A DNA stretch of 63,724 bases, filler included, from Klebsormidium nitens (Eukaryota > Plantae > Klebsormidiophyceae), in NCBI GenBank assembly GCA_000708835.1. It is 8 parts of 8 records of this genome, joined end to end, with 100 filler letters (N's around TTAATTAATTAA, not from the genome) between each part and the next. Parts side by side here need not be neighbours in the genome. Positions count along the whole stretch, not along the records: positions 1 to 22,096 come from DF237899.1; 7 more parts are not named here. One strand, given 5' to 3'. Positions 1-12,685 of the stretch are shown here, piece after piece. The notes beneath the pieces were generated by a model. That model ran no database searches and had not been told where the DNA came from. It worked only from the letters and a program-made list of their open reading frames with translations. Position 1 is the first letter of the stretch. Each line of letters opens with the position of its first letter. The translations under genes were made by a program, and so were the position numbers.

Positions 1-511
1 GGAGAATTCGCAAATCTATTTCGCATGTTGCGTTGTCATCACAGTGGCCGTCGACAGTCGCAAATCGGACGGCTGGACGATAGGCCTTCCACACTCCAAA
101 AAATATCTTGACGTCAGCGGTACAAAGATCCGCGCGTCCGGCAATGAAAGTTGACATGTGCGCCTCTTGAACTTCAGCGGCCCAACGTTGGAAAGAAAGT
201 GGAGTGCACTGACTGATGTCAATGCTGCAGCTCAATGCGCGCCGTCTGCCATGCCACTGCCGAGTCTTCCTCGCCAGTGTAGGAATCATCTCCAAATTCT
301 CTTTGAGATTCTAATGAGCTGTCGCAAATCGCACCTAATGGCGGCTTGCACATCCTGTGGGAAATGGAGGACGCCAGTCTCGCTTGGTTTGTGTTAGGTG
401 TCTGTAAATATACGAGGCTAGGGCTTACACGACGGCTAGGTCTGGCAAATTGGTACGAAGACCGGTTTTCGGGGTTTTGGTGAGCCGTTTTGAAACTCGT
501 GGGGAGCTGAA

Positions 512-3500
512 ATGTCAAGCTTGTTTCCAGCATATCAGGGCGATCAAGCGCTGGGCATCCTCTCCCTCCCCCCTGGAGCAAGACCTCATGACGCCGTCGT
601 CGTAGCGGCTCAAAAGGCGGTGCAGGCGGCTGCCGAAGCCGCTGCCGCCGCCCAAAAGGCCGCGGCCGCTGCGGCCGCTGCAGTTGCTGCGAGGGGGTAT
701 GACTACGCGGGGCATCCTGGGGCACCTCGCTACCTGCGGGCGCCGCCGCATGTGGAACATGAGTACAGTGTTGCGAGGGGGGGGCAGAATGAGCTGGTGC
801 AGCATGGGGGGTACATGTGGGGCCGCGCTCCCATGGACGCCTTGGGGAGGCAGGTGCCTGCGGGGGCGGCTGTTTGGGCAAGGTTTGATATGATGTATGC
901 GCCGTATGCTGTGCGGAATTCGCAGAGTAAGTGCCCCCTGCCGGCCCCGGTGTCAAACCATGGGGGGAATTACTCGGCGGCGTCGTACATGACGGGGACG
1001 ACCTCTCAGTGGAGCCAGGAGGAGCACTCAGACTATCTGAACAAGATGGAGGCGAGGTTTGTGGAGGGCCTCCTCTGCAGCAGGTGAGTGGCATATGCGC
1101 AGTTCGTTGTTGCACACCCTTGCTGCTCCTTCAAGCTTTAGTTGGTTAGGAGTTGTTAACCCAGCAGGTTGACAATAACCTAGCTGCTGGAACCAGCATA
1201 CAGTATCATAAGTCAGACATGTGCGCCAGAGCATGCAGCAGGCAGTCTTGTCAAGGATGGATGTAAATGCAAGAAAGGGTGCATGGTTAATGTACACAAC
1301 AATGGGAACGTGCGTCAAACATTCAGGGTTTGATCGCAACGTGAGGGACTTCGAGATGATCTTGCTAGTGTGTCTGCCTACTCTAGAGTCTAGCAACCTG
1401 TTTTTTCCAGCCTTTCTAAGGAGGAGAAGAGTTGCAAAGTGTTAGTTATACATCGTGTTAGTTATGCATCGTGGAAACAAGAAGCACCAAGATATTCTAT
1501 TCCATTTTCATGGTGTACAAGACGTGGGAGCACATTTAAATTGTACTTGCATTTTGTGCAAGGTCCCTCTCTTGATCTAGCGGAAGTGCACAGTTCGGAT
1601 CACTCCAGATCACTCCGACTGATTCTATGAGCCAAGGCTTGTAACAGCAAGCACGACAGTTGCAGCGTGCACTGCCCGGAAGCACGTGCAATGCATCAAC
1701 AAGCATCTATAAGCTATCCTGTCGGAAAAAACCCTCTGCAACACATGCTGCTGAGCCTTGTCATGTTCAGAAATTGCTAGTCCTGTAATGACCGCCAAAT
1801 GTGCATCAGGTGCTGAACATCTCTGATGAATGTGCAGGTTGCAGGGCCAGAGTCAGGGCCGCTCCCAGGTCCAAGTGGAGGAACTAGACATGGCAAGCGT
1901 GGACAGCCAGTGCTCGTCGCCTGGCATCCACAGGGTTCCCGAGATGAAGGGCCTGCGGCGGGGTGCTCCCAGCAACGAGAGCAACTTCCGCAGTAGAGCC
2001 AAGGCGGCAGTGTCTGAGCAGTCTCGGGGGATGCCGAATCCCAAGGGGGAGAGGGAAGAGGGGCCAACGACGTCAAGGAGCCATTCCAAGCGGCCGAAGG
2101 ACGAGCCTGAGGAGAGCAGGAGCAGGAAGCGGGTGAAGACAGAGTTTGAGGCAGAGTCCAGAGCGGCGCATGGCGCCTCGCCCCGGAGCCTGGAAGAGGA
2201 GCCGTGGCGGCGGCAGCCAGTTTCAGCTAAACAGGAGCCCAAGGCAGAGGAGACGGCGATGCGGTCCCCTTCAACATCAGCGCACTTGCATCCAGAGTCT
2301 CCCAAGGAGATTGACTTTTTTGCCAAGGGGGGGGCGGGCGGGCCGAGCTCACTGCCTGCCTTGGCTAGCCCCCGCTCGGAGGCGGAGGGCGCCGGAGAGG
2401 GGCCAGGAACCGAGCGCACCCGGCAGTTCTTGGCAGGGTTTCCGGGCTTTGTGGGGGGCCCGCTGGGAGGAGGACCAAAGCGAGCGGCGGAGTGGTGGGG
2501 GGTGGGAGCGCGGGGGGGTGCTGCTCAAGGAGAAGGCACCCCCCAGCAGCCCTCAATGTCTTTGCAGGGGGGTGCAGAAGGGGCTAAAAGGACACCCCCC
2601 CGGAGGAAGGGGGAGCGGCAGCCGTTTGATCTGAACAAGCTGGCCGAAGAGCAGATGCGGTCTGGGAGCAAGGACCCAAGCGGCGGGAAGGACGGGGTGC
2701 GGTCGCGCTGGCAAAAGGTGCGGTCACAAGAGGCGGATAAGAGCACCAACGGGAACTTGTTGCAGTTGGGGACGGGGTCCGAGCGGAAGGGAGGGTATAT
2801 CGCTCTGCCGCTTGGTGAGGGGGGGCCTGAGCATGCCTTGCGGCAGGTGCGCAAGCGCCGACGCGAGGAGAGCTTTGAGAGTCCGCCGCAGCACAAGAGC
2901 GGGGCTGAAGCTCTGGATGAGAAGCCAGGGGAAACTGCTGATCTGCCTAGGGTTGCCAGAGAAGGCCCGATGAGAGTGAGCACGACAGAACGGTCTGCGG
3001 CACCCCCCCTTGAGCCTCCGCCAGAGGAACCCCCCCAGCAGGTTTTAACAACGGCGCCCGCACCTAAAAGCCCCCGGCCTTCTGGCCCCCCAATTCCTTC
3101 AGGGGGGCAGGAAGAAGTTGCGTCTGCACCCGAGCTCGACCCCCCTGGGTTGAGGAGAAATCGTTCTGGGACCCCCCAGTCGAACGCGCAGAGAGATGCG
3201 GCGACAGCAGCGGCTATTTGGTATCAGCGATGGCAGTCTGCGGTGCATCATGAGCGAGCGAATCAGGATTTGGGGGGGGCTAGTCCGAGGGCTGCGAGGG
3301 TCTACCGGCCACTCGCACAGGGCGCCCTTAGAAATGGCTCCGCCGAGCGGGCCTGGACTGCGCAGGTGGATCTGCTCACGGCTGATTCAGACGCACGTCA
3401 TGCAGCGGCTGCAAACGCTGAGGAGGTAGACGGTATGGATTGTGACGGAAATGCAGACGGTGTTGAAGGTGAGAGGGGCGTCCGGACTGCGGCAGGGGTT

Positions 3501-4115
3501 GGACATGCAGAGGGGGCGCGAGATGCCGAGGTGTTCCCAGATGTGGAGGGCGTTAGGGGCATCCAAAGTGCAGAGGAAACGGCTCAGGTGCCGCAATTTG
3601 TGGGGGCTGCTGCGACGCACGGAGTGGCGGAGGGGGTCTGCACGGTGCCTGATAAGAAGGAGGTCGCTTTGGGCTCGGTAGAAGAGGATATGGATGTGGC
3701 AGGGGGGCTTCCACGGGCGGAAAGGAAGCGAGGTGACGGGTTGGGAACGGAGACTGATTCAGGGCAGTTCTCAGCACGGGGTGGGGGGGCGATTGACGGG
3801 GCAAACATGGGGGGGGCTGCGAGCGCAAGCGGGAGTGCGAGCGCGACCGCGCCGTCTAAGTACAGCTTGGAGCCGATTAATGCTTGGAAGGCCAGGTGGC
3901 AGCCTGCGGCAGAGGCCCGAATGGATTCCGGCCCGAGGTTGTCAAGTGGGAGTGAGGCGGAGCAAGCAATCTCGCAAGCAAGGGCAGCAATGATGATGGC
4001 CGCGCAGGACTCGGCAGCAGGTGCGCCGTCACCATCTAGACTCGAACCCTTGGGTTCCGTTGTTGAAAAAGTGCTTGCGCAATCAGCGTGGATCTTGTCC
4101 GCTCATCTTCCATAA
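512..4115 (+). CDS. Large low-complexity protein with a COR27/COR28-like motif; 2 exons join(512..1083,1838..4115), ~949 aa
   Basis: Donor AG|GTGAGT at 1083/1084 and acceptor TGCAG|G at 1837/1838 are both phase 2 and join the 191-aa and 761-aa ORFs. The end of exon 1, SQWSQEEHSDYLNKMEARFVEGLL, fits the W-x2-E-x-H-S-x-Y-L-x2-M-E-A-x-F-V-x2-L motif of land-plant COR27/COR28 as recalled. Exon 2 also has an EAR-like FDLNKL. Confidence 0.6.
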
Positions 4116-5262
4116 GGTGTCTGTGCCATAGCCGGATTGACAACGTCTTGCTGGTGGCTCTGTTGGATGCATTTGTTTATGTTGCTTTCCATTATTGCAA
4201 AGAGAAGCGGTCCTTGTGCTAGTATTGATCAGGCTCTGCAAAACAATCGGCTCTGTCGATTCATGCACGCGCGCCGCTTTTAGATATTCGGGACATACTT
4301 CTTGGATGTTTGAGTAGGTCGGCGAGCTGCTCAACGGGTCCACTATCGCACTACATCGACATAAGCAGTACTGATTCTGGGGGGTTGCCATTGTAAAGCT
4401 CGAAGTTTCCTGAGTGCAGATGTCGCCTTTGAAAGCTGCAGAAGAAAAGTTTCACTCTTCGGGATTCCCTCTTCGTTAAGTTGCCTCATCCTCGTTCGTG
4501 GATGTCGTGGATGTCGTTGTTCAACAACTTCGGAAACTGTAAGCTTCAGCACAACAAAAGAAACTTTGGCAGGCAACGCTTGCGGGTGATAAGCAGAGTC
4601 TTGAAACGCATATTTTCCTCAACCCAGGTTTGCAAAGGTACCATCACCTGGCACAGCTGTTGCATCATCAGACTGGAGGAGCAGATGCGCCAAGTCGACC
4701 CCCCAAGCACCGAAAGCGGTCTCGTGCGCACTCTCAACCCCCCATTCCTCGTGGGGAGCCTGAAGACCCGGCACAGGTAAGAAGGGGTTCACGTCAGCTC
4801 AGACGCCTGAGCTGGTTTGGTGTGAATCCGGCCTACGCATTAATCTTGACGTGATCGTCCTTGCTTTAAAGGAGAATCTCGCGAGTTTAGTTATCTTCAA
4901 GCAAGCTGCCAATTATTCTGTGTGTCGACGAGAGGGTAAGTTGCTGTATCGTAAAATGCAACGTTTGTTTTCGCGGGGCTAAGTGCACATCATTGCTCGC
5001 TTCATCACCTTCAGGCGCTTGACTTTCCGGTCAGAAGATGACGGTGGAACGGTCAAACGCGTTCGCTTGTCTTCGCCTCAATTTTCCAAACGATTGCTGT
5101 ATGATGCCGAGTGCGGCGTTCGTACGTCCAATTGCTTTACCAATCTCTTGTGCCTGGTCGGTAGGTCCGCAAAGTAAACTATTCGATACGTCCCCTTGCA
5201 AGAGGTGTATGGACTTCCGTCTCAATCTACGGCCGTCCGAAGTCTCTTTTGACTATCTGCAG

Positions 5263-5793
5263 GCTGCTCTTTCAACCCAGCCGGCCACCAGCCCCTTCCG
5301 GGCCCGCGCTCTCTCGCCGATGTCATCACCACCTCCGCGTCCCGCGTCCGCACTTGCCGAAGCTGCACCGGTCTGGTTTCCCACCGGCCCTCGAGAAGCC
5401 AGCGGGGAGTCTGGCGTTGGGCGCCCGGTAGACACCAACCGGGCACTTATCCAGCCAGGACCGGGGTCGGGACTTGGTCTGGGCCGCTCGGTGGATGCCA
5501 ACCGGGCACTTGATCGGCTGGGAAGCGGGTTGGAAGTCGGGCTGGGCCGCTCGGTGGAACCGAACCGGGCGCTCGATCTGCTGGGAAGGATGGGGTCGGG
5601 GAGCCAGCTCGGGGGTGGCCCGTCGGCGGGCTCCAAGGCGAGTCAAGAGGCGACGAATCTGGCGCTTGCTGCGCCGGAGGCTGCGCTGCAGGAGTTCATC
5701 TGGACGAACGAACGGGAGAGGAGGAAGCAAGCTACGCCGAAGCTGTGGAAGTGGGACTTGGGGTCAAAGCGGCGCAGAGACGAGAAGCCGTGA
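5263..5793 (+). CDS. Probable terminal coding exon of an unknown protein with three internal peptide repeats
   Basis: Acceptor TATCTGCAG at 5254-5262; open frame to TGA at 5791-5793; GC-rich coding-like composition. Upstream exons are not resolved (candidate GT-AG exons 4420-4538 and 4628-4776). Confidence 0.4.
   Translation, partial: AALSTQPATSPFRARALSPMSSPPPRPASALAEAAPVWFPTGPREASGESGVGRPVDTNRALIQPGPGSGLGLGRSVDANRALDRLGSGLEVGLGRSVEPNRALDLLGRMGSGSQLGGGPSAGSKASQEATNLALAAPEAALQEFIWTNERERRKQATPKLWKWDLGSKRRRDEKP
5416..5585 (+). repeat. Three diverged direct repeats encoding G(V/L)GR(P/S)V(D/E)xNRAL
   Basis: gggcgcccggtagacaccaaccgggcactt / gggccgctcggtggatgccaaccgggcactt / gggccgctcggtggaaccgaaccgggcgctc. 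Confidence 0.8.
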
Positions 5794-8601
5794 GATGGTT
5801 GTTGGGAGTTGTTGCGACATTGACTTAAAAATAGAGAAATGCTGAGTTGAGCTGTCAAAAAAAAAATCGTGATCCTGTGCAATGGTGGTAATCACATTGA
5901 CGTCAGGACGGGTTCTTACAGATTGAGTACCCATTTGGCACCCGGCGCGATTGCGGGGCCCTACTGAATAGGGGTAATGAGAGGTCACATATTGGTATTT
6001 GGGTATAATCAACAATTTTTGCTCACATAAGCGGAGGTTCTACGAGAGATTGGTGTACAGTAACTCAAGTTGAGCACTCAGCCTAGCACACTCCACCCTG
6101 ACAGTGAAAGTTGCGTCAATTACTGTATACATGTCACGCTCTATCTGTAGTTTCTCAGGGCTGCTTGCGCGCAACTTCTACTTCTGCTGCCTGTTAAATC
6201 CGTTCAACAGTTCCATTTCGTTCTTATCCAAATGCGTTTGATTTGGCTTGCTTGCAAGGCAGAAGTAAAGTGCATTCATCATTGATTCATTGAAACACGT
6301 ACATAGATAGAAGTGCATTGTCATGTGTGGTGCAACACGTGCATCATGCACAACTTGTGTTGTCACATGCTGAGTGCTTGCTAAACATGTGACTTAAAGC
6401 AAGCCTGGCCCCGCTAGCTGAATAATCTACGATCATATGAGTTTATACGCCTTCTTGAATATAACGATATGTAAAGCGGATTCTTGCTCATATAAAGCAT
6501 TGTCTTACATTTGCATCAACGGTGCAGTATGAACGAACGCGCAAATTGCAGAACTTTTTCGAGTCATTGAAATGCCGCAGAAGATCTCTGCAGCTAGATA
6601 TATGCATTTGTGAAGCTGCCGCAGCCACAACCTGCAGAGAGTTACGCACTTCCCGCTCAGCTCGGAGTCCCTGAATTCTTTCTGTGCGCTTGAGGGAATG
6701 TCTGCGCTTCACTATTCGAAAAGCCTCTAGTTTTTTGACTCTGTCTCATCACGCCAGGATCCTTTCCGATCTAGCTTTGCAGCAGCTTGTCAATCCGAAG
6801 CACGTTGGCTGAAAGTTGCGAATAAAACTTTGCCAATTTGAAGGAGGCGGTGGCCTTAAAAAGGAAGCGATTCACTAAGCGAGGCTGCCTTGAGACCATG
6901 ACTTGGGAAGTGAAAAGTAGCTTGTGCATGGCGCCACGCATCGTCAAAGCACAGGCGCAGCTCTTGTCGTACTCATGCCGATTTGCTGGTGCTGGTTCGC
7001 ATTTGGTGCTTCGAAGATCCGTCAATGACCTGCGCAAAAATCAACGAATGACGTGGCCCATGCCGCTGGCATGCAAGTTCTCCTGCCGTCACAAAAACTG
7101 TCGTATCGTCAGAAGGCTTGTAACGTCAGCTCGTCTGGGAGAGCTCCAACCAATGCTCTAGCTTCCTTTTCTGCCAAGTGAAGGTGCCTGAAATTTGAAA
7201 GCTACTGAAGACCGTGCTCCTCTCGATTTTCATCGCCCCTTCCTACGCTGTGAAGCTATGAAATTGGCACGCAAGCTTGCAGATCGAAACCCGTCCTTTA
7301 CGAAATTCAAGGTGAGACAGAATTCGGTTGATAGGCGGACCCTCGAATCGTATCAGAAAGGACCACTTCAGAAGAAGACAGAGGAGGATTCCCGCTTGTA
7401 AAGGTAGTAATACGAGGAGGACAAACCCCATTCCAAGTAGAAAAAGCAGGGGGGGAGGCTCCCGCCTTTTGCATGCAGCGTCATTCTTCTGGATAGATTG
7501 AAGGACCCGGAAGATGGCGACCGCTCAGCTTGCGCGTCCGGCTCTGAGGGCGCCGCCAAGTGCGTCAAGCGCTTTGTGCGCGCTGAACGGAGGCGCGAGT
7601 GTGACCACGCGGCCGGCTCCCACGTTGCGCGCGCACAACCTCAAGGCCAGCGGAGAGGCGCATGCAGAGAGCCTGGCGTCTTTCAGGCGGTTTTCTCTGT
7701 CCATTTGTCGGACGCAGGGGGGTCTGTATACCAGCAAAAAGAGGGAGAGGGGATGGCGGCACAGGGGAGGGAGCATGCTTGTGCGGGCGATCAATGGAGG
7801 AGGTTCAGACGCTGTGGTGCTCCCCAACGTAAGAATTTCGCTTCTGACGTCACGTACAACCGCTAAGAAGTGCTGCTCGGGATTGGCTTAGATTGGTGCA
7901 TGAACGCTTAGGATAGGTATCATGCGCTTGCGTGGGCCTTTGAAAACGGGAAATTGAGTCCAAGTGATTTTTCAAGTCATTGCTAGATTGGCGTGAAATA
8001 ATGATCTTTCAAGTTGACAAAATCAGCGAAGCGTATATACCGAAATCAGCCTCTCTTAGGAAGATGCGACCAGAACGCAATCAATAAAACCCGAGAGGGT
8101 TGTCTTTTGAGCATGTTTGTTCGAACCAGGCTTTCTCGATTGCGCCGGCGAGTTTCGCCACTAGCAAGATCTATTTTCATGATCAGTCAGCCTCTATTCC
8201 AAGAGAAAAATGAACACGAGGCAATTAAGGTTTGCTCCGTTTTGCAGGAGCCGCTCGATGTCGATGCAAGTAAGTGCACTCTTCCGTCTTTGAGTGATGG
8301 TCCTTGCCATTGATCTGAGAGCTACATGAATCAGTAGATGCTGCTTTTTTTTAAAACTAAGAAGTACGTTTTCCGCATCTGGACTTTGAAGTTGCGCGTA
8401 CAACTAATCTTACCGTTTAAGAAGAGATTCTTCTCAGTAAAGGAACGGAAAGATCTTTCTGCTCCGACTACGTTGCTTCACTCTGCACAGGTTAAACTCC
8501 GATTGATTTGTATTCTGTTCGAAGAGCTCGATTATCCTTTGGCGTTTCGGCTCACCGTCTGTCGTTCCGCTGACACACTTCCGTTCCGTTGTGAACGACA
8601 G

Positions 8602-11398
8602 TGCCGGACCCCGAGAAGGTCAAGCGGTCGGTGATTCCTCCCGTGCTCATCGGTCTGACCACTGCCCTGTACTCCTACCCCACCATTATCCCCTGGGCGC
8701 GCTCGCACCTCGCGGTCATCCGCGCGAGCGGCTGGGCGGTGAGCAGAGTTGTCGGGATTTGGGGTTTAGGGTTTCTGCTTGCTTCGCAATCGGTCGCGCC
8801 ATCAGCTGCGCCGCCAGCTGTTTGTGCTTCATCAGACTATACTTTGAGACGGAGGATCTGCTGAGCTCCTGCGACTCCAGGAAAATTCATGTTGCTGATG
8901 GACAAGGGCAGGTAACTCGAGCTTCGACACTGATAGCTCTCCACGGGGAAGATACAAGAGTCTAAGATCGCTGATATATACGGGTGAAGAAAGTAAGTCC
9001 GAATCCAATGCTTTTTTGGAAGCTCTACGAATCATCCCCGATCAAGGATACCGGGGTCCATTTAATCTCGCAAATCCGCAAGTCGCGTTGCATTCTGATC
9101 TCAGGACGCTTGAACGTGACTGCTTCCAGAAATCAAGAGACCGTCTGATCATGTGAAAGCTTGCCCTCTTCGTTGAAGCGCGCAAAACGTTTTCGAAGAA
9201 GGATTTCCCCAATCGTTCTGAAAAGGATACACTATCCTTCATCGCGCATTTTCATTCCTTTGCGGAACCAATTTTCCCTTTCTCATTCTTCCCTCCCACA
9301 CAGCCCGTTCACGTGGGCATCCGCACGGTGGACACGTGGCTCGCCCTCCTCGTCGCGTTCTTCGAGGACGCGGCCGCGTACGATTGGGGCGCGCTCGCGC
9401 TCTTCTACTCTTCCGCGCTCCTCCTCTCGTGGGCGCTCGCGGCCGCGGTCGAGTCCGCACGCTTGGACGCCGCGCGCGCGCGCCTGGTGCGGTACTTTTC
9501 CGCGTTCGCGCCCATCGCCATGTTCCTGGGGCCCGGGGTGCTCGTCCCGATCAGCTGGGTCGCTCCGTACCTTACGATTCCCGGAAATACGGTGAGCTTA
9601 CATGTTGGCGGGCTTTGAGATCTGAGAGCTGGCTCAGGTGACGTGAAAAGAACGGTGCCAACCTGTTCTTTCACTTTATCGCTTGTCTCACTCTTTTCTA
9701 CATCATATTCTCCATATTTTGGAGATGTTGGAAGGGGCTTGAGGTGCAATTGTATTACATTCGTCTTCGGGGTCTGAGTGTGTGTTTGCTTCACGTGCCG
9801 GTGCCGCTCAGTGGATTGATTTATCTACTTGAGTGCAAAGGCAACTGCCGTTTCTAGAACACTGCACCGTCATTAAAGCTTGTTCCGCTACAGGAAGCCT
9901 TTCTCGACCTGTACTGTCTTGTAGCCAGATTAACACCGCAGCTTTTACAGCAGTTGCACCAAACCTGTCCACGTGCACGGTAACGTTCTAAGCGCCGTGC
10001 ACGGTATCATCGCTCCGTTCCGGTACACGGTATCGAATGTTGAAACCGGGCCCCGGTTTTCCTTGACGGCCCGTCGCTTCAAATCGGTACCGGGCCCCTT
10101 CTCCTGTCCAGGCACAGAAAGCGGTAGGCGGATACCGTGCACCGAAACCGAGCGACAACAACGTGCCCGGCGGTCAAACCTTTACGTGCATTCGGACAGG
10201 TTTCATGAAAATTGCTGTAATCACGCCCCTCCTCTTGCAGACGTCCGGCGACTGCCTCCCGACGCGCCTCGCGCTCGCGAAGACGGTCCCGACCGCGGTC
10301 GTGCGCGCGCTCAACTTCGCGATCCTGCTCTCCTCCGCCGTCTACTTCGTCACCCGCTTCCAAACCCTAAACCCCCTGCTGCTGCTCGGCCTGCCGCTCC
10401 TCTGGCAGCTCGCGGCCGCGCCGCCCGCGCCCTGGCTCGGGGTTTTAGACGCCCCGGTGATCGGGCACCGGGCGGCGGAGCACATCCACAGCTTCGCGGC
10501 GGGGATCGGCATGGCGCAGGTAGGCGATCGGTCGCCGGAAAGACCTCATTACGTTCCAAGTCTTTCGAAATAATGAGCACTTTTCTTTGAACTTGATGAC
10601 TGAAAACTCTGAAGAGAGCAGATGAACCAGCCACTAGATCTTCCTCCCCGGAGTCGAGAAGATAGCGACAGGGGCAACCCTCCATTTCCTTCTCGCACCA
10701 TTACCTCCACAACATTTGAATGTCTTGACCCAATTTCCGGAAAAAAATTGTGCGGATGAAAAGTTCAGGGATAGCCCATATAAAATGACGCGCTACTCGC
10801 TCCGTTTGAAGACTACTAACTCGCGCCCTTCTTATGCCTGCAGCACATCTCAAGCGTGATGGCGCTGGTCCAAAACCCGCGCATGCTCGCCGACTTGGCG
10901 CGCGCGTTCATCGACCCGCCCATGCGCGCGCGCCCCGCCGTCTTCGTGGCCGCCAACGCGCTGGGCCTGTGGGCAGGTCAGGACTCCGCTCCGTTCCGCC
11001 CCGTTTCGTTCCGCTTTGTTGCTTTTCCGTTCCATTCGCTCCGTGATCATGAGTTCTCTAACCCCCCTTGGCACCTGCTCTTCCGTTGCGTTCGCAAGCG
11101 CGGAACAAGGTAGGGGCTCTGACGAAACACTGCACTCTTCATTGATCCAACTCAAGCTGCCCCTTTTGGTTATCACATCAGCCGAAATTACCCCCTTCTG
11201 CGGACAGCGCTCCTGACGATCCCGCTCGCGCAAGAGGGGCGCCACGCGGCGCTCCGGCTGCTGCTGATCAGCGCGCTCTTCGGCCCCGCGGCCGCGGTGT
11301 CGCTCTACTTCGCGAACCGCGAGGCGGCCATCGAGCGGAGAGTGGCGCAGGCCGAGGGCGTAGCGGTCGAGATCGCGGTCGAGGCTGTTCAGGAGTAA
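8602..11398 (+). CDS. Multi-pass membrane protein of unknown function; exons 8602-8738, 9304-9591, 10241-10519, 10844-10976, 11208-11398; N-terminal exon(s) upstream uncertain (donor at 7828/7829)
   Basis: All internal junctions are GT-AG and phase-compatible (0,0,0,1). Exons are very GC-rich and encode successive hydrophobic helices, ending ...FGPAAAVSLYFANRE...VQE*. Confidence 0.7.
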
Positions 11399-12452
11399 GG
11401 TGGGCGCGCGCGCGCGCACATCGTCTCAGAAGGCTCCGCAATCTGGGTGTATTCTGAATCTGGCGCGCGCGCAGTTTAGCTGTATCGAAGGATGTCCGGT
11501 TTTGACGCACGCACTTATAAGGAGTTTCTCGAATCGCACTCACAAGGAAGCCCGGAAGACGAGTAGCATCTTGCCACGTGCCCGGATCGGTTCCATGCGT
11601 TGATTCAATTCGCACATGGTTTGATCTTGCGAGTGGAGTTTGACCGTTCTTGGGTGACAACTTCGGATGCAACCAGCTGGGAACGGAGGGATGTCATATA
11701 GAGACAGTCTAGGTTTTTACAAAGCAAAATCCGCCAGTGTACAAAATCAGTACCAGGGGTTAGACTTTCCGGCTCCCGGTCCGATGTATTTCAGCAGCCT
11801 CAAACGACTAGGCACTTTCCTTCGTATCGTTGTACACCGCAAAAAGTCCTCGCACCCTTGTGCTAACGTTCTTGATATATAACGTCTCGTTTTGTTTTTT
11901 CGTGCCGCAAAGCTACTCTTCTAGACCTTCCCATAGTGAGAGACTTCTGCAGAATAATAGAACGTAAAATTTTCTAGCCCAGATTCCAGATAGTAGCATA
12001 TCTTTCTTCACGAGATTCATGGAGAACGGTAAGCAGATGCGACCGCGGAAATCTGTTGTGACTCGGATGCAGTTGCTGATAGGGCAGAATGACACCCCTT
12101 GTTTGCCCATTGTTTTTCCGGCCGTTTGCGGTTCTTTTCGAGTGTCCAACACCGCCCAACTTCCCAAACTTACGAGAGAATTTGAAATATCCAGATTCAG
12201 AACAGGGTTAGAAGTTCAATTTAGAACAGAAATAATCTCAGAAAGACTCAGAATCCGCGCATCTGCCTCTTTCTTTTATTTTCGCGGTCGATGGAGAAGT
12301 CTACATTGAGAATCTACTGCTCTTCTTCTATGTTCGATGTGCGACTGTTGCTGCTCCTTCTTTGCCAACGCCGTCGGCATGTCAGATAAGAGCTGATGAT
12401 ATAGATCCGAGGCAAGCAGAACAAATAACAATTCTGACGTCACCTCGTGCAG

Positions 12453-12685
12453 GACTGCTGACGATTCCCCTGGCCCAAGAGGGCGTCCACAAAGCGCTCA
12501 GGCTGCTGCTGTACGGAACAGTCATCGGACCCGCCGCTTCCATCTCACTCTACTTCGCGGCGCGCGAGGCGCGATATGAGAACATGGCTGGGGCGGGTAC
12601 GACGATAGCGTATGAGGAGGACATTAGCCGCACGGTCGAGGGACCGGTTCCATGGGGTGGCCATGATAGGGCGGCGTTTCTGTAG
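12453..12685 (+). CDS. Duplicated alternative last exon of the membrane-protein gene
   Basis: Acceptor CTCGTGCAG| at 12452, phase 1 like the exon at 11208. Encodes GLLTIPLAQEGVHKALRLLLYGTVIGPAASISLYFAARE versus ALLTIPLAQEGRHAALRLLLISALFGPAAAVSLYFANRE. Confidence 0.65.

Noticed and set aside
219-1115. 298-aa minus-strand ORF and the many other short antisense ORFs over GC-rich exons
   Set aside because: Shadow ORFs of GC-rich coding sequence, with no motifs or splice support.
4020-5263. Splicing of the COR27-like gene onward into 4420-4538, 4628-4776 and 5263-5793
   Set aside because: The first two junctions are phase-compatible, but the last is not in the long frame without an unidentified exon, and the peptides are not recognisable. 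Not enough support.
7514-7891. Plastid transit peptide (MATAQLARPALRAPPSASS...) as first exon of the membrane protein
   Set aside because: In this frame the donor at 7828 is phase 0 whereas the next acceptor (8602) is phase 1. It needs an unseen exon or another frame, so it is not asserted.
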